Of a stretch of 64,000 nt of DNA, positions 10,674-20,587 are shown in pieces. The notes beneath the pieces were generated by a model that worked only from the letters and a program-made list of their open reading frames with translations, ran no database searches and was not told the DNA's origin. The DNA is from an uncultured Gammaproteobacteria bacterium. Its GTDB lineage: Bacteria > Pseudomonadota > Gammaproteobacteria > UBA9214. Made by a program: the position numbers and the translations under genes. Where the stretch lies: positions 403,919-467,918 of the forward strand of contig CAVVHS010000009.1 in the NCBI GenBank assembly GCA_963748215.1, written 5' to 3'. Position 1 is the stretch's first letter; each line of letters opens with the position of its first letter.

Positions 10674-11573
10674 ATGAAACTATTTTCGTTATTGATGCGA
10701 TCTGTCCCGCTGCTGCTGCTGTTCGGCAGCCAGGCAGCAACGGCTGATTATCCCATTGAGGTGATCCAGCTCAAATCACGCCCGCTGGAGGAAATCCTGC
10801 CCGTGATCCGGCCCCTGATCGGTGCGGATGGAACTGCGACCGGCATGGGTAACAGCCTTGTCCTCAAGGCAGCGCCGGCGCAGGTTCGGGAAATCAGAAA
10901 ACTGCTGCTTGAGATTGACCGGCCGCCCAGGCGCTTGCTGATAACAGTCAGTAAACAGGGTGACAGCGCGCGTGGTTCCTCCGGCTATTCAGCGGGTGCT
11001 GATATCAGGACCGGTGACGGACAAATCAGCATCAATTCGCCGGGGCGTGCTGTTGATGACACGCGTGTCCGTCTGCGTATTCATGACTCGAGTGACCAGC
11101 GCACGCGTATGTCGGGGCAGCAGGTGCAGGCACTGGAAGGCAGGTCCGCCTTTATCGCCAGTGGTTCACGCATCCCGGTACAGGATGTCGAGCGTTACCA
11201 TGTGAATGGACATCTGCACGAGCGACAGGTAACACGAATGCAGGATGCAAGCAGCGGCTTCTACGTGGTACCCCGCCTGAACGGCGAGTACGTGACCCTT
11301 GAAATCAACCAGCGCGATGACCGTCCCGGCATGCGGCGTGGTGTCATCAGTACGCAGAGTACAGATACGGTGGTGCGCGGCAGGCTTGGCGAGTGGATCA
11401 GCCTGGGAGGAGTCAATACCACCAGCAACAGCCGCCAGGGTGGCCTGGGTCGCTCGCAGGCGTCACAGGAATCGGTCGTGCAGCAGATCGAGGTAATGGT
11501 GGAATGTCTGGATTGCGCAGGGGATGCGGAACGGCATCGCCAGTTGCAGCCGCCATTGCAGGGATCTGAATAG
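10674..11573 (+). CDS. Exported protein with secretin N-terminal (NolW-like) domain and short secretin-like C-terminal region
   Basis: Signal peptide; IEVIQLKSRPLEEILPVIRPL..GNSLVLKA..IDRPPRRLLITV; QQVQALEG..GFYVVPRLNG..GEWISLGG. Confidence 0.7.
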   Translation: MKLFSLLMRSVPLLLLFGSQAATADYPIEVIQLKSRPLEEILPVIRPLIGADGTATGMGNSLVLKAAPAQVREIRKLLLEIDRPPRRLLITVSKQGDSARGSSGYSAGADIRTGDGQISINSPGRAVDDTRVRLRIHDSSDQRTRMSGQQVQALEGRSAFIASGSRIPVQDVERYHVNGHLHERQVTRMQDASSGFYVVPRLNGEYVTLEINQRDDRPGMRRGVISTQSTDTVVRGRLGEWISLGGVNTTSNSRQGGLGRSQASQESVVQQIEVMVECLDCAGDAERHRQLQPPLQGSE

Positions 11574-11625
11574 CATAACAATGATAGGACGTTTGGGGTC
11601 GGACCTTTGAGACGTTTGGGACGTT

Positions 11626-11903
11626 TGGGGTCGGACCTTGCAAACCCCATGAAAACACTCAATATCAGCTTGTGAAAGGGGTTGTTTCCAGGGCTTGGAG
11701 CATCCATTTTGGTGCCCAAATATTGCCTATAAGATGTTAGAGAACCGCGCCATGCGGCAGCATTTTTTAACGAGATGTATCCGTTAATCCGCATTTCCTT
11801 AAACGCTTCATTTTGACCCCGAAAAATATCCGATAAGGCAGTAGTACGACCGAAACTGACAGTTTGTTTAATATATATCAATAGGTTGGGTAGGTCCGAC
11901 CCC
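11626..11903. mobile_element. MITE-like element bounded by GGGGTCGGACC / GGTCCGACCCC
   Basis: Terminal inverted repeats; interior and right end resemble 20723-20874; extra ggacgtttggggtcggacctt copy at about 11587. Confidence 0.55.
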
Positions 11904-11946
11904 GACTTCCATTCCATCACGCCGCCTGACAGCGTATAAAGCGCCT

Positions 11947-12858
11947 ATGAAAGTACCGAAAAGATTGCAGCCACTGGTCGACGACGGCCTGGTCGACGAG
12001 ATTCTCACCCAGTTGATGAGTGGCAAGGAAGCGCAGGTCTATGTGGTTCGCTGTGGCGCGGCGATACGCTGTGCCAAGGTGTACAAGGAAGCGAACCAGC
12101 GCAGTTTCAAGCAGGCCGCACAGTATCAGGAAGGGCGCAAGGTCAGAAACAGCCGCCAGGCCCGTGCCATGGGGAAGCGTACCCGCTACGGCCAGAAAGA
12201 ATCGGAACAGGCCTGGGTAAACGCTGAGGTGGATGCGCTCTATTGTCTGGCCGCTGCCGGTGTGCGGGTGCCCAGGCCCTATGGCTTCGTTGATGGCGTA
12301 CTGTTGATGGAGCTGGTAACGGACGTCGCCGGCAACGCCGCCCCGCGGCTGAATGAGCTGACCCTGACCGGCGCAGAGGCGCGTGAGTATCACGCCCGGG
12401 TTATTGCAGAGATCGTGCGCATGCTCTGCGCGGGCCTCGTGCATGGCGACCTGTCGCCGTTCAATGTGCTGGTTGACGGGGAAGGGCCTGTCATTATCGA
12501 TCTGCCGCAAGCGGTCAATGCCTCGGCCAATAATAGCGCGGGCATGATGCTGGAGCGGGATGTTGACAATATGGCGATTTATTTCGGCCGTTTTGCCCCG
12601 GAGTTACTGGAAACCGACTACGGCATGGAAATCTGGGCGCTGTATGTCAGCGGCAATCTTCAGCCTGATACACCGCTTACCGGGCGCTTTGAGCGCAGCA
12701 CAGTGGATGCCGATGTGGCACTGGTCATGCAGGTGATTGACGACGCCCGCGAGCAGGAAGCCGAGCGGCGCCAGCGGCAAGCTGGCTGCACGGGACGCAA
12801 TATAGTGACTCTGCAAATAAACGAGGCCGGGTACATTTCCGGTTGGAGCATACGCTGA
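11947..12858 (+). CDS. RIO1-family serine/threonine kinase (PA4780-like)
   Basis: LMSGKEAQVY, CAKVYK, LVHGDLSPFNVL, IIDLPQAV. Confidence 0.92.
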   Translation: MKVPKRLQPLVDDGLVDEILTQLMSGKEAQVYVVRCGAAIRCAKVYKEANQRSFKQAAQYQEGRKVRNSRQARAMGKRTRYGQKESEQAWVNAEVDALYCLAAAGVRVPRPYGFVDGVLLMELVTDVAGNAAPRLNELTLTGAEAREYHARVIAEIVRMLCAGLVHGDLSPFNVLVDGEGPVIIDLPQAVNASANNSAGMMLERDVDNMAIYFGRFAPELLETDYGMEIWALYVSGNLQPDTPLTGRFERSTVDADVALVMQVIDDAREQEAERRQRQAGCTGRNIVTLQINEAGYISGWSIR

Positions 12859-12914
12859 AGCCTGCACGGCCTGGCCGAACGAGCGACCTGGCCAGCAGGG
12901 CCTGAGCGGTTGAA

Positions 12915-13262
12915 TTGGATATACTGTCCCCTGACGTTCCCTGCCACAGTCCGCCACTCGATACCGTGCCTGATCCAGACCTTTTCATCTCCCTGCTCAC
13001 CATCGAACTGATGATTCCATGGGCCCGGTCCCTTAAGGACAAGCGCAGTGCCGTGCGCGGCCTGAAGGATCGGCTGCGTTCCCGTTTCAACGCCTCGGTT
13101 GCCGAGGTGTCCTATCAGGACAAATGGCAACGGGCGGTCATCGCTGTGTGTATGGTTGGCAGTGACAGACGTCAGCTGGAATCAGACATGACCCGGGTCC
13201 GTCAGCTGTGCGAAGAGGCCCAGGACTTGCAGATTGCCGATATGCGTCAGACCTGGTTGTAA
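12915..13262 (+). CDS. DUF503 (YlxP-like) protein
   Basis: SLKDKRSAVRGLKDRLRSRFNASVAEV..QDKWQRA; start uncertain. Confidence 0.85.
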   Translation: MDILSPDVPCHSPPLDTVPDPDLFISLLTIELMIPWARSLKDKRSAVRGLKDRLRSRFNASVAEVSYQDKWQRAVIAVCMVGSDRRQLESDMTRVRQLCEEAQDLQIADMRQTWL

Positions 13263-13455
13263 ACACGAGCACCATAAAAGGGGTCGGATCACTGCTATCC
13301 CGTAAACTCCCTCTCCCTTCGGGACGCCTCCATGGACTTACTGTACTTTCAGTCAATCTATGTGGGACAGCAGCGATGCCTGATACATTCTCGAACGTAA
13401 CTGAAGGGAAATCGACTCATCCCCAAATCATGACGTCTGCTCGGATGAACTACCG

Positions 13456-13570
13456 CTGGTCGAATGAATTCGACCCTATGGTCTGATTGAGCAGGTCCGG
13501 ATTCAACCGGCCAACAACCTTGCCATCAGAAGCAATGCGTCTCGTCTGTATTGATGTGTTACCCACTCAA
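13456..13570. repeat. REP-type palindrome (GGGTCGAATTCATTCGACCA family) with conserved flank
   Basis: Same unit at 30956-31040 and 60162-60240; flank gccatcagaag..aatgcgtctcgtctg.attgatgtgttacccactcaat shared with the 60.2 kb copy. Confidence 0.7.
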
Positions 13571-13635
13571 TAAGAGGAAAGTCCGGGAAATCAGGGCATC
13601 CGGAGTGCCAGATGCCGTTTACCTTACATTCGGAT

Positions 13636-13667
13636 AACACGGCCCGGTATTGCTACCGGGCCGTGTT
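13636..13667 (-). terminator. Hairpin terminator after the VWA gene
   Basis: aacacggcccggta-ttgc-taccgggccgtgtt, perfect 14-bp stem. Confidence 0.7.
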
Positions 13668-13676
13668 TGCAGCGGC

Positions 13677-14876
13677 TCAGTAAGCCGGCGCGTCGGCTTC
13701 GTAGCTCAGGCCCAGTCGGCCTGCCTGCTCACGCACGGTGCGGTAGATCTGGTCATCCAGGGAGTCCCTGGCGCCACCGGCGTCCTTCACTTTCCGGTCC
13801 AGGTAAGCCGACCGTTCCCGGGTCAGGTCACTGATCTGGCGCTTGAGTTCGTTGCGGCGCTCGGCCGTCTCGCTGATGACTTGCGCCTGTTCCTCCGGGG
13901 CCATGGCCTGCAGGGCTGCCGGTAACTTGTCCTTGTCGATGCTGGAAAGATCGACGCGGCCGCTGCTCACTTCATCCACCAGCTCGCCCTCGCCGAGGAA
14001 ATTGGCGGCACCGCTTTTCGAGGCATTGAACGTCGCCCGTCTCGCGCGTGACTCGACCGATGAGGCTGCATGCAGCTTGTCGGCCGCTTCGCTCTTGCGG
14101 CGTTGCTTTTCCTTCTCCGCCGCGCTGCCGTAGTACAGGCGCGTGCCATCCATTTTCGCAGACAGGGTTGCGATTTTCTCGTCGAAGGGGGTGGTGATCG
14201 CCACGGCGTTGCCGGTCTGTTCCACCTGGAAATACTGGCCAGCCCCGAGATTCGCGATCTGTTGCCAGGCCGGTGTGGTCTCGCCCGCCTGGCCGCTCTG
14301 GATGGCATTGACCACGATGCCTTTCGCCCTGGCCGCCCTGAGCGTGACCGGGTATTTGACATCGTCCTGGTAATCCATGTGCGGCGGCGCGTCACCGACC
14401 AGGAACACCACCTTGTAGGTCCCGGCCTGCTGGCTCCAGGACACCTTGTGTATGGCGTCATGCAGCGCCTGGTTCACGCTTTCCGGACCGTCACCGCCGC
14501 CGTCGGCCTGAAAATCCATCAGGGTGGCGTACATGGAATCCAGGTCACTGGACAGGTCCACTACCCGGGTGACGTAGGCATCACCACGGTCACGGTAGGC
14601 GACCAGCCCCATCCGGATCTCGGGTGCGGATTGGGCCGAGGCCAGGGTGGTGGCGATGGACCAGATCTTTTCCCTGGCGGCCTGGATCAGGCCCCCCATG
14701 CTGCCGGTGGTATCCAGAACGAACACCACGTCGATACGGGAACGGTCATTGATCACCGGATCGATAACGTGCGGGTCGGTGGGGCTAATCCCGCCAGCGC
14801 TCTGGTAGGCCGGCAGCAGGGCTACCGTGGCGGTGGTAAAGGCAAACAATGCCAGTGCGATGAATTTCGATTTCAT
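13677..14876 (-). CDS. Exported von Willebrand factor A domain protein with C-terminal coiled coil
   Basis: Signal peptide MKSKFIALALF; MIDAS DTTGSM, VAYRD, GGGDGPE, VGDAPPH; AAGGAG RBS. Confidence 0.9.
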   Translation of the reverse strand: MKSKFIALALFAFTTATVALLPAYQSAGGISPTDPHVIDPVINDRSRIDVVFVLDTTGSMGGLIQAAREKIWSIATTLASAQSAPEIRMGLVAYRDRGDAYVTRVVDLSSDLDSMYATLMDFQADGGGDGPESVNQALHDAIHKVSWSQQAGTYKVVFLVGDAPPHMDYQDDVKYPVTLRAARAKGIVVNAIQSGQAGETTPAWQQIANLGAGQYFQVEQTGNAVAITTPFDEKIATLSAKMDGTRLYYGSAAEKEKQRRKSEAADKLHAASSVESRARRATFNASKSGAANFLGEGELVDEVSSGRVDLSSIDKDKLPAALQAMAPEEQAQVISETAERRNELKRQISDLTRERSAYLDRKVKDAGGARDSLDDQIYRTVREQAGRLGLSYEADAPAY

Positions 14877-14896
14877 TTGAGTATCTCCTTGAAGCT

Positions 14897-15466
14897 TCAA
14901 TGGCTGGATGAAAGTTTGCGCACCGCGGTCTCTGCGGCGCGGTACGCGTGTTGAAAGCGGTCTTCGCCTGCCTGTCCGGCCTGACCTGCACCGGGCTTGC
15001 GACTGACGCTTTTCGGGATGAAGACGAACAGTGCCTGCACCAGGAAAAAACACCAGATGCCGAGCAATACGCTGCCGGTACGGGTGATCGCCCAGATGCC
15101 TGCTGCCAGGCCGAGGCCGTTCAGTCCCAGGTCGGCGAGCGCCGACAGTGCGCTGGAATAGAAGTACAGCGAGCGGATGAGCCAGATCATGCCCAGGTGC
15201 ACGCACACGTAGAGCAGCAGGGGCGGGTGCGTGAACCAGAGCACGCCTGCGACCAGTAGCCAGGCCGCGGCGGCCGTGACCCGGCCGACACGCTCGGTGC
15301 TGCGGCCCAGCAGATAGACGACATAGACGAGACCGATAGCGGCGATCAGCAGGCGCAGCACCGGGACGCCGGGAAACACCGTGTCCAGGGCGGTGTACAG
15401 CACGCCGCCGGCCAGGCTGGCGGCAAGCGCGACGGCGACGCCTTCAGGGAAGGTGGGTTGTTTCAT
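14897..15466 (-). CDS. Integral membrane protein (about 6 TM helices), hypothetical
   Basis: Hydrophobic segments throughout; ATGA overlap with the upstream PspA-like gene. Confidence 0.8.
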   Translation of the reverse strand: MKQPTFPEGVAVALAASLAGGVLYTALDTVFPGVPVLRLLIAAIGLVYVVYLLGRSTERVGRVTAAAAWLLVAGVLWFTHPPLLLYVCVHLGMIWLIRSLYFYSSALSALADLGLNGLGLAAGIWAITRTGSVLLGIWCFFLVQALFVFIPKSVSRKPGAGQAGQAGEDRFQHAYRAAETAVRKLSSSH

Positions 15467-16001
15467 GACCGGCTCCTGTGCTGTTTTTCACGCAGAAAGG
15501 CCACTTCCACATCCTCCTCGCGGACGGTGATATCCGGAATGGTCCAGTCGTCTTCGGGCCGGGCGCGGGCGTTTTCCCCGGCCAGCAGTTCGGCCTTCTG
15601 CCGCATGCTGGCCAGGCGCACCTGGTTTTCCCTGACCCGGGTATTGAGATCATCGAGCGTTTCCTCGAGCGCCTTGCGCTTGCGGGCAAGAATTTTCCCG
15701 AAGCGTTGTGCCTCAAGCTTGCGCCTGATGCAGGCGCGGGCGAGGTCGTCATTACCGGCGTCGAAACAGGTGTCGAGTTCCGCTTCAATATCGTGCAGAT
15801 GACTGTATCAAGATCGGTTGCACGGTTAATGAGCTGTCGCAGTTCATGCTGCAACAGCTTGCTGCGTTGTTCGTCGCGGGCCAGCTCCTCTTCCATTTCG
15901 CGGACCGCCTGCCGAAGCAGTACATCGGGTTCCTCGATGCGGTCGAGCACGGCGTGGAAATCGGCCTGGAACAGTCGCGAGACGCGTGTGATAAGTGCCA
16001 T
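15463..16001 (-). CDS. PspA/IM30 (ESCRT-III-like) protein, one frameshift near 15800
   Basis: MALITRVSRLFQADFHAVLDRIEEPDVLLRQAVREME; the other frame continues ..GNDDLARACIRRKLEA..REEDVEVAFLREK to TGA at 15463. Confidence 0.82.
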
Positions 16002-16099
16002 GGTTGTTACCTCCTGCGGGTTGATCCGAATGTGAATCCAGTCTGGGCGAGCGGGCGGTGAGCTTGTAGACAGGCTTTGGTAAAAGCTGTGGCAGGATA

Positions 16100-16115
16100 T
16101 TTACAAAAGATTTAC
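16100..16115. promoter_or_regulatory. OmpR-family-like direct repeat TTTAC-N6-TTTAC
   Basis: TTTAC at 16100 and 16111 in the divergent region between the pspA-like gene and the response regulator. Confidence 0.45.
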
Positions 16116-16269
16116 ATGCCGGAGATCGGGCGAACTGGTAGGCTTTAAATAGTCATGCACTAGTCGTCGCGACCGCGCGCATGACTGGCGGGTGTAATAC
16201 CGAGTGATGATATCTAATCGGGCTGCGCATGGCGTGACTCAAGGACGCAAAGGCCGGGACAAACAATTC

Positions 16270-16973
16270 ATGCAACGCAAGCTCCGACTACTGATCGTTG
16301 AAGACGAAGAGGCCATCCGTACCGGGCTGATGGATGTCCTTGTCTATCATGGTTACGACGGTGGAGTGCGCGGCCGACGGCCCGGCGGGCCTGGACATGG
16401 CGCTGGGCGGGCGCTTCGACCTGGTCCTGCTGGATGTCATGCTGCCGGGCATGGACGGCTTCGAAATCTGCAACCGCATCCGCGCGGAAGATCGCGATCA
16501 GCCGGTCATCATGCTGACGGCCAAGAGTACGGATGAGGATATCATCCAGGGTTTGTCGCTGGGCGCTGACGATTATGTGGCCAAGCCGTTTTCGGTTGCG
16601 CAACTGGTGCTGCGGGTGCAGGCCGTGCTGCGCCGCTCACGCATCGGCGCCGAACGGGATGCCACCCTCAGGCTGGGTGAAGACGTCGTGGTCGATTGCC
16701 GTAATCTCCAGGGTCATGCGGGGCGAGGCGGCATTGTCATTCACCCGCCGCGAGGTGGAGCTGCTGCAGTATCTGCGCATGAATTCGGATCGGCCGGTGT
16801 CCCGGGACGAGTTGCTGGCGAAGGTCTGGGGGTATGCGAGGAATCTCGATATAGAAACCCGCACCGTCGATATTCATATCGCGAAGCTGCGGCGCAAGAT
16901 TGAAACGGACCCGGCACAACCCCGTTACCTGGTCACGGTGCGCGGTGCGGGTTACCGGCTGCTGGCGGAATGA
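16270..16973 (+). CDS. OmpR/PhoB-family response regulator, two frameshifts
   Basis: LLIVEDEE, LLDVMLPGMDG, MLTAK, GADDYVAKPF, ETRTVDIHIAKLRRK, TVRGAGYR, spread over three frames. Confidence 0.9.
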
Positions 16974-19147
16974 CCCGCCACGGTAACAGACCCGCCATGT
17001 TCAGCAACCCGCTGACAGGCCTGGACCGGAAAAGACTGCGGCTCTGGCTGGCCGTGTTTTTTCTTGCCCTGGCCATTCCGACCGGGATCCTTGTCTACCA
17101 GGCCTACAGCCAGTTGAAGTGGGAGGCGTTTCACCAGTACCGGGTACTGGCAGAAGAACTGGCTGCACGCATCGATGACCGCATCGTTCAGCTGATCAAT
17201 GCCGAGGAAGCGCGTTCCTTCGCCGATTATGCCTTCCTGAACGTGGCGGGTGATCCGTCCGCCAACTTCCTGCAACGCTCGCCGCTGTCGGCCTGGCCAC
17301 CCGCGTCATCCGTTCCCGGCCTGGTCGGCTACTTCCAGGTCGACACCCGCGGGGAGTTCACGACGCCGCTGGTGCCGCCGGCGGGAACCGTGATGTCGAC
17401 CTACGGTATTTCTGCCGGGGAACTGCAACAGCGGCTGGCACTGCAACAGCAAATAGAACAGGTCCTCAGTCGCAACCGGCTGGTGCGGGACAGCAAGTCC
17501 GGCAGGGTAATGAGCGGAGAGTCCGTCGCGGATGCATTGCCTGCGAGTGAAGCACGTGTCGACGGCCAGGCGGGTACGGCTGCACCGCTGGTTGCCGGTG
17601 ACAGGGACGCATGGCAACAGCGCGCCCTGGATGATCGTGCCGTCCCGGGTACGGTGGAAACGGCTGCAGAAGAAGTGCCGGGTCAGGCCGCCTTCGACCG
17701 GCTCAACAAGGCCGCCGCGCCCCGTGAGCAGGAGCAGCAACAGCAGGCCGCCGGCGCCCTCGGTCGGGTCGAGGATCTGCAACTGGACTACCGCTACCAG
17801 TCCGAATCCGCCGATAAAGCCCGGCGCCAGGACGCGGGCGGGGCGCCCGTCGCCGCCAAACGCGCGCGCAGGGAGCGCAGCGCGTTGCCGGAAGCGGTGG
17901 ATGAATCCGGCGCCGCGTATTATTCGGGCACGCGCGAGGCCGACGCCCCGGTGCAGTCACGGCTGGAAAGCGCAATTCGCATCCGCACCTTCGAAAGCGA
18001 GATCGATCCATTCGAATTCAGCCTGCTCGACAGCGGTCATTTTGTGCTGTTCCGCAAGGTCTGGCGTGACGGCCAGCGTTACATACAGGGCGCATTGATC
18101 GAGCAGCAGCCGTTTGTCCATGACCTGATCGAAACAATGTTCCTCGACACGGCCCTGTCAGACATGAGTGACCTGCTGGTTGCGTATCGGGGTGATGTGT
18201 TATCGGCCTTCAGCGGGCAGGCGGCGCGGGACTACCTGTCCAGTGGCGAGGCATTGCGCGGAACGCTGCTTTATCAGACACGCCTGTCAGCGCCGCTGGG
18301 TGACGTGGAACTGATCCTGAGCATCAACCGGCTGCCGGCGGGTGCCGGTGGCAGGGTCATCAGCTGGCTTGCGGCGATCCTGCTGCTGGTGCTGTGCGGC
18401 GGCTTTTACCTGATGTACCGGCTGGGGGCCAGGCAAATCGACCTCACCCGGCAGCAGCAGGATTTCGTCTCCGCCGTCAGTCACGAACTGAAAACCCCGC
18501 TCACCTCGATTCGCATGTATGGCGAAATACTGCGCGAGGGCTGGGCCACCGATGAAAAGAAAAAGCTCTACTACGATTACATCTTCGATGAAAGCGAACG
18601 CCTGTCTCGCCTGATCGCCAATGTGCTGCAGCTGGCGCGCATGACCCGCAATAACCTGCAGGTTGACACAAAAACACTGACTGTGGCCGAGCTGATGGAT
18701 GGTATTCAGTCCAGGGTTTCCTCGCAGCTTGAACGTGCGGGTTTCGAGCTGAACATGCACTGCGATCCGGAAGCGGGGCGGGCCAGCATCCAGGCCGATC
18801 CGGACGGGTTTATCCAGATCTTCATCAACCTGGTGGACAACGCCATCAAGTTCTCCGCCAGCGCGGAACAGAAGGTCATCGACATCGGCAGCCAGCGACT
18901 GCGTGACGGCAGTGTGCAGTTCAGCGTGCGGGATTACGGCCCCGGTGTCCCCGGGGACCAGATGAAAAAGATTTTCAAATTGTTCTACCGTTCGGAAAGC
19001 GAACTCACCCGCGAGACCGTCGGCACCGGTATCGGCCTGGCGCTGGTGCACCAGCTGGCCCGGGCCATGGGCGGTCAGGTGGATGTGGTCAACCGCGAAC
19101 CCGGCGCGGAGTTCCGGGTGACCATCGAATCAGCTGGCAGCGTTTGA
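16970..19147 (+). CDS. Sensor histidine kinase with long extracytoplasmic domain
   Basis: Two TM helices, SHELKTPLTSI, NLVDNAIKF, DYGPG, GTGIGL. Confidence 0.95.
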   Translation: MTRHGNRPAMFSNPLTGLDRKRLRLWLAVFFLALAIPTGILVYQAYSQLKWEAFHQYRVLAEELAARIDDRIVQLINAEEARSFADYAFLNVAGDPSANFLQRSPLSAWPPASSVPGLVGYFQVDTRGEFTTPLVPPAGTVMSTYGISAGELQQRLALQQQIEQVLSRNRLVRDSKSGRVMSGESVADALPASEARVDGQAGTAAPLVAGDRDAWQQRALDDRAVPGTVETAAEEVPGQAAFDRLNKAAAPREQEQQQQAAGALGRVEDLQLDYRYQSESADKARRQDAGGAPVAAKRARRERSALPEAVDESGAAYYSGTREADAPVQSRLESAIRIRTFESEIDPFEFSLLDSGHFVLFRKVWRDGQRYIQGALIEQQPFVHDLIETMFLDTALSDMSDLLVAYRGDVLSAFSGQAARDYLSSGEALRGTLLYQTRLSAPLGDVELILSINRLPAGAGGRVISWLAAILLLVLCGGFYLMYRLGARQIDLTRQQQDFVSAVSHELKTPLTSIRMYGEILREGWATDEKKKLYYDYIFDESERLSRLIANVLQLARMTRNNLQVDTKTLTVAELMDGIQSRVSSQLERAGFELNMHCDPEAGRASIQADPDGFIQIFINLVDNAIKFSASAEQKVIDIGSQRLRDGSVQFSVRDYGPGVPGDQMKKIFKLFYRSESELTRETVGTGIGLALVHQLARAMGGQVDVVNREPGAEFRVTIESAGSV

Positions 19148-19543
19148 GTCGTCTCCGCTACAGTTACACAATCAAAGCGGGTACCCGTTAGCCGTATCCG
19201 GTCAATTGTACGGGCAAGTCCCTGATGACTGGCATCCTATGTCTGACTGCCAGCAATTTGTGCGCGCGCCCGGATTTCCAGTGTTCGTACACATGCAAGC
19301 CAAGGCGTATCAGTGACCCGTCAGGATCCTGACAGGCCCGTATTCTCGTGGAACCGCACGGCACAGCAGCAGGAATCCGGTTCGTGACGCGGGTACGCCG
19401 GACCGCGCCGATGATTTCCCGGATGCCGGCAGGGAGCTGGCCGACATCTCCCGGTGCATGCTGGTCTACACAGTCTTACCGCGTACGGGCAAACCGGTTA
19501 TATTCAGGGACCATCTCGTACCGACACGCCGGATACTCGCGCC

Positions 19544-20564
19544 ATGCCAAGACTGCTTGCCACGACCCTGTTCACACTCCTGATTGTCCTGCCGGCTCCT
19601 GCCCTGTACGCCGCCTCCTTCGAGGAGGACAGCAAGGCGGCCGCGCAGGGGGATGCGGCAAGCCAGTACCGGCTGGCCCAGCGCTACGAAGCGGGCAAGG
19701 GTGTTGACCGTGACGTCAGGCAGGCCGCTGACTGGTACCGCAAGGCCGCCTTGCAGGGGTATGCCCGTGCCCAGACCAACCTGGGCAATCTTTACCGGTC
19801 GGGGCAGGGTGTCAGCAAGGATTATGACGCGGCGCTGGAATGGTACCGCAAGGCCGCCGCACAGGGAGATACCAAGGCGCAGATCAATCTCGCCATGATG
19901 TATGCCCGGGGCATGGGTGTGGACCAGGACGAGGCCGAGGGCCTGAAGTGGTTGCAGCGTGCCGCGGACGCGGGTGATACCCAGGCCATGGTCCAGCTGG
20001 GCACCCTGTACCTGCAGGGCAAGGGCGTCGGGAAAGACTACGCGCAGTCCACGCGGTGGTTCCGCAAGGCCGCGGAGAAGGGCGATGTCATCGCCCAGCA
20101 AAACCTGGGCCTCGCTTATTCCGCGGGCAAGGGCATCGGTCAGGATTACACGGGAATCCGTCAAATGGCATCGCAAGGCGGCAGAGAAGGGCTATCCGCC
20201 TGCCGAGTACAGCATGGGTTTGCGCTATGCCAGAGGCAATGGTGTCGGCAAGGACGATGCTGAAGCGGCAAGCTGGTACCGCAAGGCTGCCGAACACGGG
20301 TATCCCGATGCCCAGAACAACCTCGGCATCCTGTATAAAAAAGGCCAGGGTGTCAGCCGGGATTACGCTGAGGCGGTGGACTGGTTCCGTAAGGCCGCGC
20401 AACGCGGTCATCCACTGGCACAGTTCAACCTTGGCAAGATGTACGAGCAGGGTCTGGGTGTGAAGCAGGATCACGGGACGGCGCGGGAATGGTATCGCAA
20501 GGCGGAAAAAGCCGGGAACAAGGGTGCCGCGAAGGCGTTGAAGTCACTCCAAGGTGTCAAGTGA
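19544..20564 (+). CDS. Exported Sel1-like repeat protein, frameshift near 20150
   Basis: Signal peptide; repeated AQxNLGxxYxxGxGVxxDyxxAxxWYRKAA units in two frames. Confidence 0.9.
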
Positions 20565-20587
20565 ATCAGGGACAGCGGTAAGCAGGA

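Noticed and set aside
10322-10747. 141-aa ORF upstream of the secretin-like gene
   Set aside because: It runs through the nested repeat cluster, has no RBS and no protein-like features.
11868-11881. FNR-like TTAAT-N4-ATCAA here and at 20839
   Set aside because: Both are part of the conserved right end of the GGGGTCGGACC repeat element.
16270-16973. Programmed frameshifting in the response regulator, pgm, Sel1 or PspA genes
   Set aside because: No slippery heptamers or stimulatory structures were seen; scattered single-base indels in unrelated genes, including pgm, fit sequencing error better.
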